This document shows, piece by piece, positions 28,430 through 37,781 of a stretch of DNA of 64,000 bases. Under the pieces are notes generated by a model. The model saw nothing but the letters and a program-made list of their open reading frames with translations. It was not told where the DNA came from and searched no databases. This DNA comes from Candidatus Spongiisociaceae bacterium. GTDB taxonomy: Bacteria; Actinomycetota; Acidimicrobiia; Spongiisociales; Spongiisociaceae. Position 1 is the first letter of the stretch, and each line of letters begins with the position of its first letter. The position numbers and the translations under genes are program-made. The stretch covers positions 3,456,001-3,520,000 of the forward strand of contig OZ253564.1 of the NCBI GenBank assembly GCA_965262915.1. The letters are read 5' to 3'.

Positions 28430-29356
28430 CTACCGCGCCGGCTGTCGCCGCGAGTCGCGGATCCGAATGAGGTCGGTCACCACCACCCCCAGCAGAACTA
28501 GCGCACCCCCTACGACGATTCCCGGCTGGATCTGCTCGTCCAGCATCACAACACCGGCAGACACGGCAATGAACGGGACGATGTAGCCGATGATCGTGGA
28601 GTAGGTGACGGTGACGTGGCGGATGAGGAAGTAATAGAGGCCCAACGGGACCAACGTCCCCAGTGAACCCACGTAGAGCAGGCTGAGCTGACCAGTCATC
28701 GAGGGGGTGGCGGGTACACCTTCGATTGCCAGCGCCAAGAGGGACAGGGCAACGCAACCGATGGCGAGCTGGACCCCCGTCACACCGAGCACCGAGTACT
28801 GACCGGCGTAGCGCTTGGCATAGACGGCCGCGACCGATACGGACACCACGCTGACGAGTACGAACAGTCCGGCCAGGAGTGGGTTGCCGCCTTCCGCGAC
28901 CCCCGAGTCGCCCCCGAGCAGCAGTACCGCCACCCCGCCGAGCCCCAGCAGCAGACCGACCAAGGTGACGACTTTCAGCCGCTCGTTGGCCAGCATGAAA
29001 TGCGCCACCAGCGCTGTCACCAGCGGGATCAGCGCGTTGACCAGGGACACGAAACCGGCCGAAGCATTCTCGAGAGCCAGGTTCCGTGTCTGGTAGGGCA
29101 GCAGCACGCTGAGCACCGACAGCACCGCCCCCATACGCAGTTCGAGCGGACCGACCAGCGTCCCCCGCCTCCGCCCAGCAATCAGGAAGATGACCGCTAC
29201 CGCCGCGATCAGCGAGGAAGCGGCGGCGATAGTGATCGGCCCCAACCCCTCACGGAGGGCCATCCTCACCGCGATGGGAGAGGAACCCCACCCGAAGCTG
29301 ATGAGGAGCACGAGCGCCCAGACCCGGCGGTCCGAGATGACAGATTTCACGGCCAA
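28430..29356 (-). CDS. EamA/DMT-family transporter
   Basis: About 10 TM helices in two EamA repeats (GWGSS, HFMLANER, VMLDE); 13 nt upstream of grdE. Confidence 0.9.
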   Translation of the reverse strand: MAVKSVISDRRVWALVLLISFGWGSSPIAVRMALREGLGPITIAAASSLIAAVAVIFLIAGRRRGTLVGPLELRMGAVLSVLSVLLPYQTRNLALENASAGFVSLVNALIPLVTALVAHFMLANERLKVVTLVGLLLGLGGVAVLLLGGDSGVAEGGNPLLAGLFVLVSVVSVSVAAVYAKRYAGQYSVLGVTGVQLAIGCVALSLLALAIEGVPATPSMTGQLSLLYVGSLGTLVPLGLYYFLIRHVTVTYSTIIGYIVPFIAVSAGVVMLDEQIQPGIVVGGALVLLGVVVTDLIRIRDSRRQPAR

Positions 29357-29999
29357 TGCCCCTCCAGCCGCCGGACACGCTCGAATCCATCGTCGCTTGC
29401 CGCCGGCAGCAGCCCATCGACCCGTATCCGCCCCCGGCTATGACTTTGGCATCCTGACACCTGCTGCCGGGATCGGAGATCAGGAATCTACGAGCGCATC
29501 CTACCCGTGTCGAGACGGCTGGAAACACGGCATGACAGCGTGACCGATGCCGCTGTTGGATCCGGCGGGGCCAATGCAGGAGGAGGATACCTGGGCGACT
29601 CAAACGCTGATGAGCTCCCCTCTTGCTCACCGCCGTCTACGTCTTCGGGCAGATCTGATGGGACTGGGTGGCCGCCCGACCTGGTCCTGCTAACCCTGCT
29701 ATGGCTTCAAGTCTCAGGACCACGTCATCCGGGGAGTCCGGATACTCCACGCCGACCTTGGGCTGGATCAGTACCCCGTGCTCTTCGACCTGTACATCCA
29801 GTTCCTCACCGATCTCATCCGCACTGATCCGGGACAGCTATGGACACGACGCCATGGTGAACAGCAGCCTCTCGTGGCCCGCATCTCGTGGTTGACTCCC
29901 AATCTGGGAAACCCCTCACACGACCATTGAGCTGGAAGTACCTTTCCCCACCCGTGTCGCTGCGGGGTCACACGTAGACGGTGTGGGGTCCTCAGTCGT

Positions 30000-30368
30000 T
30001 CATCTTCGATACGCCGGGCTATCCGGGTAGTCCTCCGGCTTTCCCGTGTCTCCGGACTGGATCACGAAGTCGCGGCGGTCCCGGTAGAGACAGGCACGGT
30101 TCAGCACGTAGTTGACCCCCGGCTGGATGTCGTCCCAGTGGGTCATCAGCCAGTACTTGTAGTCGCCGATGAACAGGTAGGTGTTCTTCATACGGAAGAA
30201 GCGACCGGCCACGCCCTCTCCGGAACGGAATCGCCCGCAGACTGCCTCCAGCAACTCCTGCTGCCCGTCCTTCTCGGACAGTACGTACTCGTGGGGCCAG
30301 GTGCTGCGGTAGGTGACCGCCTCCCTCCAGGGTGCGCGGGAGATCATTTCGGTCAGCTTTCGTGCCAT
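30000..30368 (-). CDS. Hypothetical protein (WPHEY / YKYW motifs)
   Basis: 122 aa, GAGGAG RBS, natural codon usage, aromatic-rich. Confidence 0.7.
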   Translation of the reverse strand: MARKLTEMISRAPWREAVTYRSTWPHEYVLSEKDGQQELLEAVCGRFRSGEGVAGRFFRMKNTYLFIGDYKYWLMTHWDDIQPGVNYVLNRACLYRDRRDFVIQSGDTGKPEDYPDSPAYRR

Positions 30369-30400
30369 TACGTTGAATCACTCCTCGTTCGGTCAGCCAC

Positions 30401-30967
30401 TCATGCCTCCGTGTTCTCCAACCCGAGACGGAAAGCACCGGCAGCACGGGGGTCATAACCCGTCAGTTGTATCTCATTGAGATTGCCGGGGTGTTCCTCC
30501 ATCCATCGAACGCACTCGGAGGCGATCACCCCTGCGGCGGCCTCCAACGGATAGCCGAACACCCCGGTCGAGATAGCCGGCATGGCCACCGTCCGAGCGC
30601 CTATCTCGGCGCAGGAGTCCAAGGCTGCTCGCACCGTCTCCCTGAGCCGGGCCGGGTTGTCCATTCCCTCGTTATAGCGGGGCCCTACGACATGCACGAC
30701 CCATCTCGCCGCCAATCCACCACCGGCCGTCACCGCCGCCTGCCCGGGTCGGAGCGGGCCGTGCTCGGATACCCACCGGTCGGAGTCAGCCAGGAACTCC
30801 TCCCCGCCCTTCGCTCCCAGCGCGGCCGCCACCCCACCGCCATGCCGGAGATACTCGTTGGCGGCGTTGACGATAACGTCGGTGGATGAAGCCGTCAGGT
30901 CCCCCTGGACCACCGTCACGGCCCCATCCTTCGAGATCCTGGCTCTTCCGCGTTTGCCACTCATCAT
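30401..30967 (-). CDS. Macro domain protein (ADP-ribose binding/hydrolase, YmdB-like)
   Basis: GDLT, IVNAAN, HGGGVA, HVVGP, PAISTGVFGYP. Confidence 0.93.
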   Translation of the reverse strand: MMSGKRGRARISKDGAVTVVQGDLTASSTDVIVNAANEYLRHGGGVAAALGAKGGEEFLADSDRWVSEHGPLRPGQAAVTAGGGLAARWVVHVVGPRYNEGMDNPARLRETVRAALDSCAEIGARTVAMPAISTGVFGYPLEAAAGVIASECVRWMEEHPGNLNEIQLTGYDPRAAGAFRLGLENTEA

Positions 30968-31163
30968 GCTGATAGCCGGTGTAGGGACGTTGCCGGCCTA
31001 CCCGACCGGTCCCGGTTCCAGGATCGTACCGATGCTCACGCCGTCGAGCCACCGCCGTCCCGGTTCCGACCCGGGGCTGTCAGCATCCATGACGGTCGCG
31101 CCCGGGCATCCGGTGGGTAGGGTGATGCTCGGCAGCGGCTCATGAACGGAGTTCGAGCGTCAT

Positions 31164-32768
31164 ATGGCGACGCAGCTCAAATACTGGGGATGGGGGTACG
31201 AAGGGGACGGCCTTTCGCCTTGTGACAGGGAGGCCCTGCTCAGCACCTTCGCTGCGGACTTCGGTATACATCCGTCAGGTGACTGTGGCGTACCGCGTCT
31301 CGACGAGCTCACGCTCCCACCGCCCCGGATGGAACCGCCGACGAGCCTCGCAGCGATATGCACGCAGGAACCTTACGAGCGGATCCTGCACAGCTTCGGG
31401 CAGTCCCAGCCCGATTCGATCCGGATCTTCGCCCGGGACTTCGCCCACGCTCCCGATGTGGTGGCCTACCCGCGGGACGAAGCCGATGTGATGGCAGTGC
31501 TCGAGTGGGCGGGTGAGGCGGGAGCGGCTCTGATCCCTTTCGGTGGTGGTTCGTCGGTCGTGGGCGGAGTGACGCCCGACATCGATGACCGGTACACGGC
31601 AACCGTAACCCTCGACATGAGCCGGATGAACCGGGTCCTCGAGGTCGACCCTGTGTCGAGGTCGGCGCGGATACAAGGCGGGGCGCGCGGTCCCGAACTG
31701 GAAGCCGCTCTGAAACCGCGCGGGGTAACGCTCCGCCACTTCCCCCAGTCCTTCCAGCATTCCACCCTGGGCGGATGGATCGCTACCCGGTCGGGCGGTC
31801 ACTTCGCGACCCTGTACACCCATATCGACGACCTGGTGGAGAACGTGACCATGGTCACACCGGCGGGCAGGATGGAGTCGCGCCGGCTTCCGGGGTCGGG
31901 TGCCGGTCCGAGTCCCGACCGGCTGGTCATTGGCTCTGAGGGTTCGCTCGGAGTGGTCACCGAGGCCTGGGTGAGGGTCCAGGGTCGGGTGTCCTTCAAG
32001 GCCACGGCCGGGTTCCGCTTTCCGGACTTCCTCGCGGCCGCCGGGGCCGTGCGAGCGATAGCGCAGGCAGGCTTGTTCCCCGCCAACGTCCGGATCGTCG
32101 ACGGGGTGGAACTGGCGGTGAACGGGGCCGGGGACGGTTCGTTCACGCTCATGGTGGTCTCCTTCGAGTCGGCCGACCGTCCTGTCGACGCCTGGATGGA
32201 CCTCGCCGAGCAATGCGCCCTCGACCACGGAGGGGTGCCCGATGTCGACTGGCACACCAGCCCCGACAGCCACCTGCGGGGAGCGGTCGGCGCCTGGCGC
32301 GACGCCTTCATCAGGATGCCCTACAACCGGGAGGTACTCACGCCGCTAGGCATCATCTCAGACACCTTCGAGTCGTCCATCACCTGGGACCGCTTCGAAG
32401 CGTTCTACCACGTGGTCACGGACGCCACCCACCGTGCCATCCGCGAGGCGACCGGTCAGAGCGGCGCCGTGTCATGCCGGTTCAGCCACGCCTATCCGGA
32501 CGGTCCGGCCCCGTACTTCGCTTTCCACTGCGCCGCACGGCCGGGCTCCATGCTGGAGCAGTGGTGGGAGATAAAACGTGCCGTCTCCGACGCAGTGATC
32601 GACAACGGAGGCACCATCACCCACCATCACGCCATCGGCCGCGATCACCAGCCGTGGTACGAGAAGCAGCGCCCCCAACTGTTCGGCGAGGTTCTCGCGA
32701 GGGCCAAGGCCCACCTCGATCCGAAGGGAGTCCTCAACCCCGGCGTGCTCATGTCTCCGGATAGATAG
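31164..32768 (+). CDS. FAD-linked oxidoreductase, alkyl-DHAP synthase-like (VAO/PCMH family)
   Basis: PFGGGSSV, RHFPQSF, TLGGWIATRSGG, GSEGSLGV, TITHHHAIG, DPKGVLNPG. Confidence 0.9.
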   Translation: MATQLKYWGWGYEGDGLSPCDREALLSTFAADFGIHPSGDCGVPRLDELTLPPPRMEPPTSLAAICTQEPYERILHSFGQSQPDSIRIFARDFAHAPDVVAYPRDEADVMAVLEWAGEAGAALIPFGGGSSVVGGVTPDIDDRYTATVTLDMSRMNRVLEVDPVSRSARIQGGARGPELEAALKPRGVTLRHFPQSFQHSTLGGWIATRSGGHFATLYTHIDDLVENVTMVTPAGRMESRRLPGSGAGPSPDRLVIGSEGSLGVVTEAWVRVQGRVSFKATAGFRFPDFLAAAGAVRAIAQAGLFPANVRIVDGVELAVNGAGDGSFTLMVVSFESADRPVDAWMDLAEQCALDHGGVPDVDWHTSPDSHLRGAVGAWRDAFIRMPYNREVLTPLGIISDTFESSITWDRFEAFYHVVTDATHRAIREATGQSGAVSCRFSHAYPDGPAPYFAFHCAARPGSMLEQWWEIKRAVSDAVIDNGGTITHHHAIGRDHQPWYEKQRPQLFGEVLARAKAHLDPKGVLNPGVLMSPDR

Positions 32769-32813
32769 ACCCCATCGTTGGCATAGGCTGTCAGGACCGG
32801 CGAAAGGGAGCAC

Positions 32814-33926
32814 GTGGCTCTTCAGATCGCGCCACCGGGTCTGAAAGGACTCGCTGTAGCGGATACCCACCTCGGTTCCGTGAGAGGTGAGGAGGGTTTC
32901 TTCCATTACCGGCAGTACGACGCGGCCGAGTTGGCGCGCCACCGCAGCCTCGAGGACGTGTGGACTCTGCAGATCGACGGCGCATTGCCCCCGGCGATGA
33001 CCGCTATCGACCCCGGCCCGCGGCGGCTCCTGCCGGGCGACGCGGCGTACGTCGTCGACACGGCAGCTGCTCACCTCGACGATCCGATGGCGGTGCTGAG
33101 GGTAGGTCTGCTGACAGTGGCGTCGATCGAAGACCGAGGGCCCCTGCTCGACCGCACTGCCGGAGAGCGACGCGACGATGCGATTCGCCTGTCCGCAGTC
33201 GTCCCCACCGTGCTGGCTCGTCACCACCGTCGCCGAGCCGGACTGAACCCCGTCGATCCGGATCCCGATCTCTCACACACGGCCGACTACCTGCGCATGG
33301 CAACCGGTGGGCAGGCCGACCCGGTCGCGGTGCGCGCCGTCCAGAGATACCTCGTAGCGACGCTCGACCACGGGTTCAACGCATCAACCTTCACCAGCCG
33401 GGTCGTGGCCAGTACCGGGGCCGATATGGCGGGATCCCTTGTGGCGGGGGTGGGAGCGCTCAGCGGACCGCTCCATGGAGGCGCTCCGAGCCGGGCGATG
33501 GAGATGATCGAGGAAATCGGCTCACCTGAGCGGGCCGCGTCCTGGGTGGAGGACCGCCTTGCCAGGGGACACAAGATCATGGGGTTCGGGCATGCCGTCT
33601 ATCGAGCCGAGGACCCGCGCGGCGCCGTGCTACGAGAGGCGGCCTCGATGCTGGGTGGAGACCTGGTGGATCAGGCGGCCGCGATCGAAAAGGAGATCCT
33701 CGGGGTGCTACGGCGATGGCGGCCCTACCACCGTATCGTCACCAACGTCGAGTACTGGGCCTCCGTCGTGCTCGAACTCGCCGGGCTGCCAAAGGCCATG
33801 TTCACACCGACGTTCGCGGTCAGCCGGTCGATAGGCTGGGCCGCCCACGTACTGGAGCAGGCCGACGGAGGCAAGATACTCCGTCCCAGCGCCCGCTACA
33901 TAGGTCCCGAACCGCTCCGATCCTGA
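32814..33926 (+). CDS. citA: Citrate synthase, actinobacterial CitA type
   Basis: DHGFNASTF, GPLHGGA, MGFGHAVY..DPR, TNVEYW. Confidence 0.85.
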   Translation: MALQIAPPGLKGLAVADTHLGSVRGEEGFFHYRQYDAAELARHRSLEDVWTLQIDGALPPAMTAIDPGPRRLLPGDAAYVVDTAAAHLDDPMAVLRVGLLTVASIEDRGPLLDRTAGERRDDAIRLSAVVPTVLARHHRRRAGLNPVDPDPDLSHTADYLRMATGGQADPVAVRAVQRYLVATLDHGFNASTFTSRVVASTGADMAGSLVAGVGALSGPLHGGAPSRAMEMIEEIGSPERAASWVEDRLARGHKIMGFGHAVYRAEDPRGAVLREAASMLGGDLVDQAAAIEKEILGVLRRWRPYHRIVTNVEYWASVVLELAGLPKAMFTPTFAVSRSIGWAAHVLEQADGGKILRPSARYIGPEPLRS

Positions 33927-33938
33927 TCCCGGCTCGTG

Positions 33939-35366
33939 TCACAGGCCCCGGCGATGCAGGTCACCTGTCCGCCTACCCCCACCGGACGGTGGAAGACCGG
34001 CGATGATCCGCACGGCCCGCTCCTCGGAGTCTTGGGAGAAACCGATCCTCACGCTGCTGAACCCGGGACCGCGTGTGGCGTCCAGCGCCAACCTGGAAGT
34101 GGTGCCCTCGACGGACGACGAGGGATCGAGGGGGCTTCCGGGCAGACCGTCCACCACGAAGAGATCCTCGGAGGGCTGGAAGTGGGTGGCCAGCGCCCAG
34201 AGCACCTCGGAGTCGTTGGTGACATCGATGTCGTCGTCTACCGCGATAACCGTCTTGAGGTACGGGTCCCATCCGAGGAGACCGAGCATTACCTGGCGGG
34301 CCTGGCCCACCCGGCGCGGCCGCAGCTTGACGTAGCAGTGAAAGTGGCTGCCCGAGTTCGGGTAGTGCAGGGCGGTAACGTCGGGGAACCGGTCCTTCAG
34401 CTTCTCGGCCATCTCCGACTCCCTCGGGATGCGGCCCAGGTTGAGGTGCTCCGCCGAGTTGCCACCGACTATGTCCAGAAGGAGGGGGTCGCGACGGATC
34501 GAAATAGCTTCCACCCGGAAGAGGCTGTTGGTGGAACGGTCGGAGGAGTACCCGGTGAACTCCCCGAACGGGCCCTCCTCGACACGGGTCTCTGGTTCGA
34601 TCACGCCCTCGAAGAGGAAATCGGAGGTGGCGGGAACCCGGATCCCGTACTTTGGTGATCGCACCACCTCCAGCGGCGCCCCGAACAGGCCTCCCGCCAC
34701 GTTACGCTCGTCGACGGTCATCGGCACCCGGGCGGAAGCAGCCAGCATGAACAAGGGATGCCCTCCGAGCACCATCGCCACCTGGAGCGGCTCCCCCCGC
34801 TCGGCGGCGGCCTTGAGCATCCGCCATAGGTCTCCGCGTGAGTGGAGGCTGGTGGCGAACTCGGTGGGCGAGTGGACCATGGCCCGGTGGTAGCTGAGAT
34901 TGCCGATCCCGTCCCGGTCCTCGGCGACGATGATCCCGCTGGTTATGTACGGCGCCCGATCGGTTTCGAAGTGGGTCAGCATCGGGAAGTCCCGCAGATC
35001 GATCCCCCCGACTCCGGTCACTTCATCCAGTACCGGCCCCCAGCCGACATCGACCGGCTCGACCAGGTTCCTGGTCCGGGCCTGGAACACGTCATGGAGG
35101 CTCTCCGGTTCGGTCCCGAGCATCCGGGAGATGCGCCGGCGGCAGGCGAACACGTTGGTGACGACCTCGAAGGGGATACCGCGGAGGTCCCCGAAGCGCA
35201 GCATCTCGTGGCGGTTGCCGTCCGCCAGGCGCCACACCACGCTTGCGACATCCCGGGAGTCGGGGACGGGTCCGGGAAAATTCAGGACATCGTCCGGGTA
35301 GGCCTCCTCGTAGGCCGAGACGAAGTCATGCAGATCCTGGCTTGCGGCGAGCCCGGCTGCGGTCAC
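33939..35366 (-). CDS. UbiD-family prenylated-FMN decarboxylase
   Basis: NLSYHR, EGPFGEFTGY, VDDDIDV, WALAT, LDPS, LDAT; GTG 35366 chosen. Confidence 0.92.
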   Translation of the reverse strand: MTAAGLAASQDLHDFVSAYEEAYPDDVLNFPGPVPDSRDVASVVWRLADGNRHEMLRFGDLRGIPFEVVTNVFACRRRISRMLGTEPESLHDVFQARTRNLVEPVDVGWGPVLDEVTGVGGIDLRDFPMLTHFETDRAPYITSGIIVAEDRDGIGNLSYHRAMVHSPTEFATSLHSRGDLWRMLKAAAERGEPLQVAMVLGGHPLFMLAASARVPMTVDERNVAGGLFGAPLEVVRSPKYGIRVPATSDFLFEGVIEPETRVEEGPFGEFTGYSSDRSTNSLFRVEAISIRRDPLLLDIVGGNSAEHLNLGRIPRESEMAEKLKDRFPDVTALHYPNSGSHFHCYVKLRPRRVGQARQVMLGLLGWDPYLKTVIAVDDDIDVTNDSEVLWALATHFQPSEDLFVVDGLPGSPLDPSSSVEGTTSRLALDATRGPGFSSVRIGFSQDSEERAVRIIAGLPPSGGGRRTGDLHRRGL

Positions 35367-35412
35367 TTCCCGACCCCCATGGCACTCGATCTCCTCCACA
35401 CCGGACCGACGG

Positions 35413-36333
35413 TCAATCGATCGGGCGCCCGTAGCCACCCTCCGCGAGCTGGGCCTTGGCGGCGTCCACCGACTCGGGTGGCGCGGTGGGCTGGATACCG
35501 ACCAACCGGGCGATGTTGTTGCCCATATAGTCCTCCAGTCGGTCCTCGCCTATACCCAACCCCTGCGGTGGCTCGTGGCAGAGCACCTCGAGGTGGGTGA
35601 GCCACATGCCGGGGTCGTTGGGGGGCGAGTCGGTCCCGAACACGAGGCGGTCCCTGGGCATCTCCTTGGCGAACTCGACGATGCGCGACTGCAGCAACCA
35701 GCCCGACTCGCCGTACACGTTGGGCGAGTCCATGATCATCCAGAAGGCCTCGAAGCAGTACACGCCGCCGGTCTGGACCCCGAAGTGACCGATGATGAAG
35801 TCGACGTTGGGAAACTCGCGGATGATCGGATAGAACTGGGTGGGGATCGAGTAGGGACCGTCACCGGTGTGGAGCAGCACGATCACACCGAGCTCGTCGC
35901 ACTTCTGCAGTGCCGGCCGGAGCCAGTCGAGGGCCCGGTCGGGACGGTACGCGTGCATGTTGGAGTGCAGCTTCATCATCTTGAAGCCGTACTCCTTGAC
36001 GTGGAACTCCAGTTCGGCAGCGCCGTTCTCCGGGCCGAAACGGGGGTTGTAGTTGAAGTTGCCGATGAAGCGGTCCGGGTACTTTTGGGTGAGTTCCGCT
36101 ATGTAGGCCATGTAGTCCCGGATCCCCTCACGACCGCCCCGGCTGCCTTGCTGCCACACGGTGTTGCCCGGGGGAGGCTGGATGAAGCCCATATCGATCC
36201 GGCGCGGTTTGCCGTTGATCCAGTACGGGCCGTCCATCAACTTCAGCATCCGCTCCCCCGTGAAAGGCTCGCCGGTGTGACGCCAGGCCTTGTCGACGAC
36301 GTTGGTGGGGTGCAGGTGGGTATCGATGATCAT
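35413..36333 (-). CDS. Amidohydrolase-family (Amidohydro_2) metal-dependent hydrolase
   Basis: IDTHLH, KLH, LHTG, GHFG, FGTDSP metal ligands. Confidence 0.9.
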   Translation of the reverse strand: MIIDTHLHPTNVVDKAWRHTGEPFTGERMLKLMDGPYWINGKPRRIDMGFIQPPPGNTVWQQGSRGGREGIRDYMAYIAELTQKYPDRFIGNFNYNPRFGPENGAAELEFHVKEYGFKMMKLHSNMHAYRPDRALDWLRPALQKCDELGVIVLLHTGDGPYSIPTQFYPIIREFPNVDFIIGHFGVQTGGVYCFEAFWMIMDSPNVYGESGWLLQSRIVEFAKEMPRDRLVFGTDSPPNDPGMWLTHLEVLCHEPPQGLGIGEDRLEDYMGNNIARLVGIQPTAPPESVDAAKAQLAEGGYGRPID

Positions 36334-36504
36334 TTGAAGGTCGCTCCTGGGTAGTCACTGCCTCGCTAGCGGGTCGGATCCCGATTCAGGATCCCGTCCG
36401 CTTCGGACTTCGTGTCCACGGCCTGTAGACCGTACAGCGTAATGGGCGAGCGGATCGGAGTCCGACCGTTACCTGCTACGGCAGTAGCCGCCCGGGTCTA
36501 GCGC

Positions 36505-37737
36505 CTACGGTGCCTTTCTGGCACCTGTGTCGCCAATCAGGTAGCGCAGAGCGGCCAGCGCATAGATCTTGGCAGCCTGGTTGACACCTTCGACGGCCAG
36601 CCGCTCGTTAGGGGCGTGTGCCCTGGGAAGATAACCGGGCCCGAAAGCGGCCACGGTAGGGATGCCGGCTATTCCCTGGAAGCTGAGAGCATCGGTCGCA
36701 CCAGGGAAGACACCCGGCTCCACGCGCCTTCTGAGGACTAGTCGGGAAGCATATTGCAAGGCGGTCACCAGCGGATGATCGGTGGGAATCTGGATGGCCT
36801 CGCAGAACCCCACCATCTTCAGCACCGCCGACAACCGCGGGTTGTCGGCCATGGACCGGTCCAGAAACTGGCGGAGATCGGCCGCTACGCTTTGCTCGCT
36901 CATCCCGGGCACGAGGCGTATGTCGGAAGAGAAACGGGCATTACCGGGATAGACGCCGTAGAAGACCCCCGCTTCCGCCATCACCCCCACGTTCACGGTC
37001 GGTCCGGAACCGTCCAGTGGATAAGGGGCATAGGTCAGTTCGTCGTGGAACTCGGATGCCATTCTCTGGATCAGCCAGGCCATTTCGACGGTGGCGTTGA
37101 CAGGATCGAAGCGATCGGAGACGCTGGAGTGCATCTGGGTTCCTACGACTTCGATGTCGACCAGCGCGGACCCGCGCGAGACCACCCCGATATTCTCCCA
37201 CTCGGACATCACCCCACACGGCTCGCCGATGATGGCTGCGTCCGCCACGAGATGTCCCTCCTGGGCCAACCACTTGGACCCGAGCGTCGAGCCTCCTTCC
37301 TCGTCGGCGGTCAGGACCAACTGGAGTTCGCCTGACCACCCTCCCGCCCGAGCCAGCGCCACCGGGGCGTACACCATTGCTGCAACCGCCGCCTTCATGT
37401 CACCCGAGCCGAGACCTCGCAGCTCACCGCCCGAGACAACGGGATCCCATGGGTCGGTTTCCCACCGGGACAGGTCACCGGCCGGCTTGGTGTCGGTGTG
37501 CCCCGAGAGGATGAGCGTCGGTCCCGGCCCCTCGCCTGGAATCCGCACTACCAGGTTGGGCCTCGAAGGACGTGCCTCCAGAAGGCTCACATCGGTGATC
37601 CCGAACACTCGCAGCAATTCGCACACCAGCCCGGCCACGGCCCTCTCGTCCCCAGGCGGATTGGGACTGGGCGTAGCCACCAGTCGGCGGGCGAAGGCAA
37701 GCTGGTCCTCGGCTGTGCTATCCAGGAAGGAGAGCAC
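36505..37737 (-). CDS. M20 metallopeptidase (ArgE/DapE-like amidohydrolase)
   Basis: SGHTD, GLGSGDMK, ADEE, GEP, HSS, ATDA, AHAPNE; start uncertain. Confidence 0.9.
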   Translation of the reverse strand: MLSFLDSTAEDQLAFARRLVATPSPNPPGDERAVAGLVCELLRVFGITDVSLLEARPSRPNLVVRIPGEGPGPTLILSGHTDTKPAGDLSRWETDPWDPVVSGGELRGLGSGDMKAAVAAMVYAPVALARAGGWSGELQLVLTADEEGGSTLGSKWLAQEGHLVADAAIIGEPCGVMSEWENIGVVSRGSALVDIEVVGTQMHSSVSDRFDPVNATVEMAWLIQRMASEFHDELTYAPYPLDGSGPTVNVGVMAEAGVFYGVYPGNARFSSDIRLVPGMSEQSVAADLRQFLDRSMADNPRLSAVLKMVGFCEAIQIPTDHPLVTALQYASRLVLRRRVEPGVFPGATDALSFQGIAGIPTVAAFGPGYLPRAHAPNERLAVEGVNQAAKIYALAALRYLIGDTGARKAP

Positions 37738-37781
37738 CTCGATATGGGGTGGGCCCGGTACGGACAGTTCGGATCGGTTTC

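Noticed and set aside
29637-29900. Protein-like minus-strand stretch (ISADEIGEELDVQVEEHGVLIQPK) with an internal stop
   Set aside because: Probably a gene relic, but I cannot assign a family
36340-36500. Riboswitch upstream of the amidohydrolase-UbiD pair
   Set aside because: Several small hairpins, but no match to purine, ZTP, glycine or guanidine consensus that I can support
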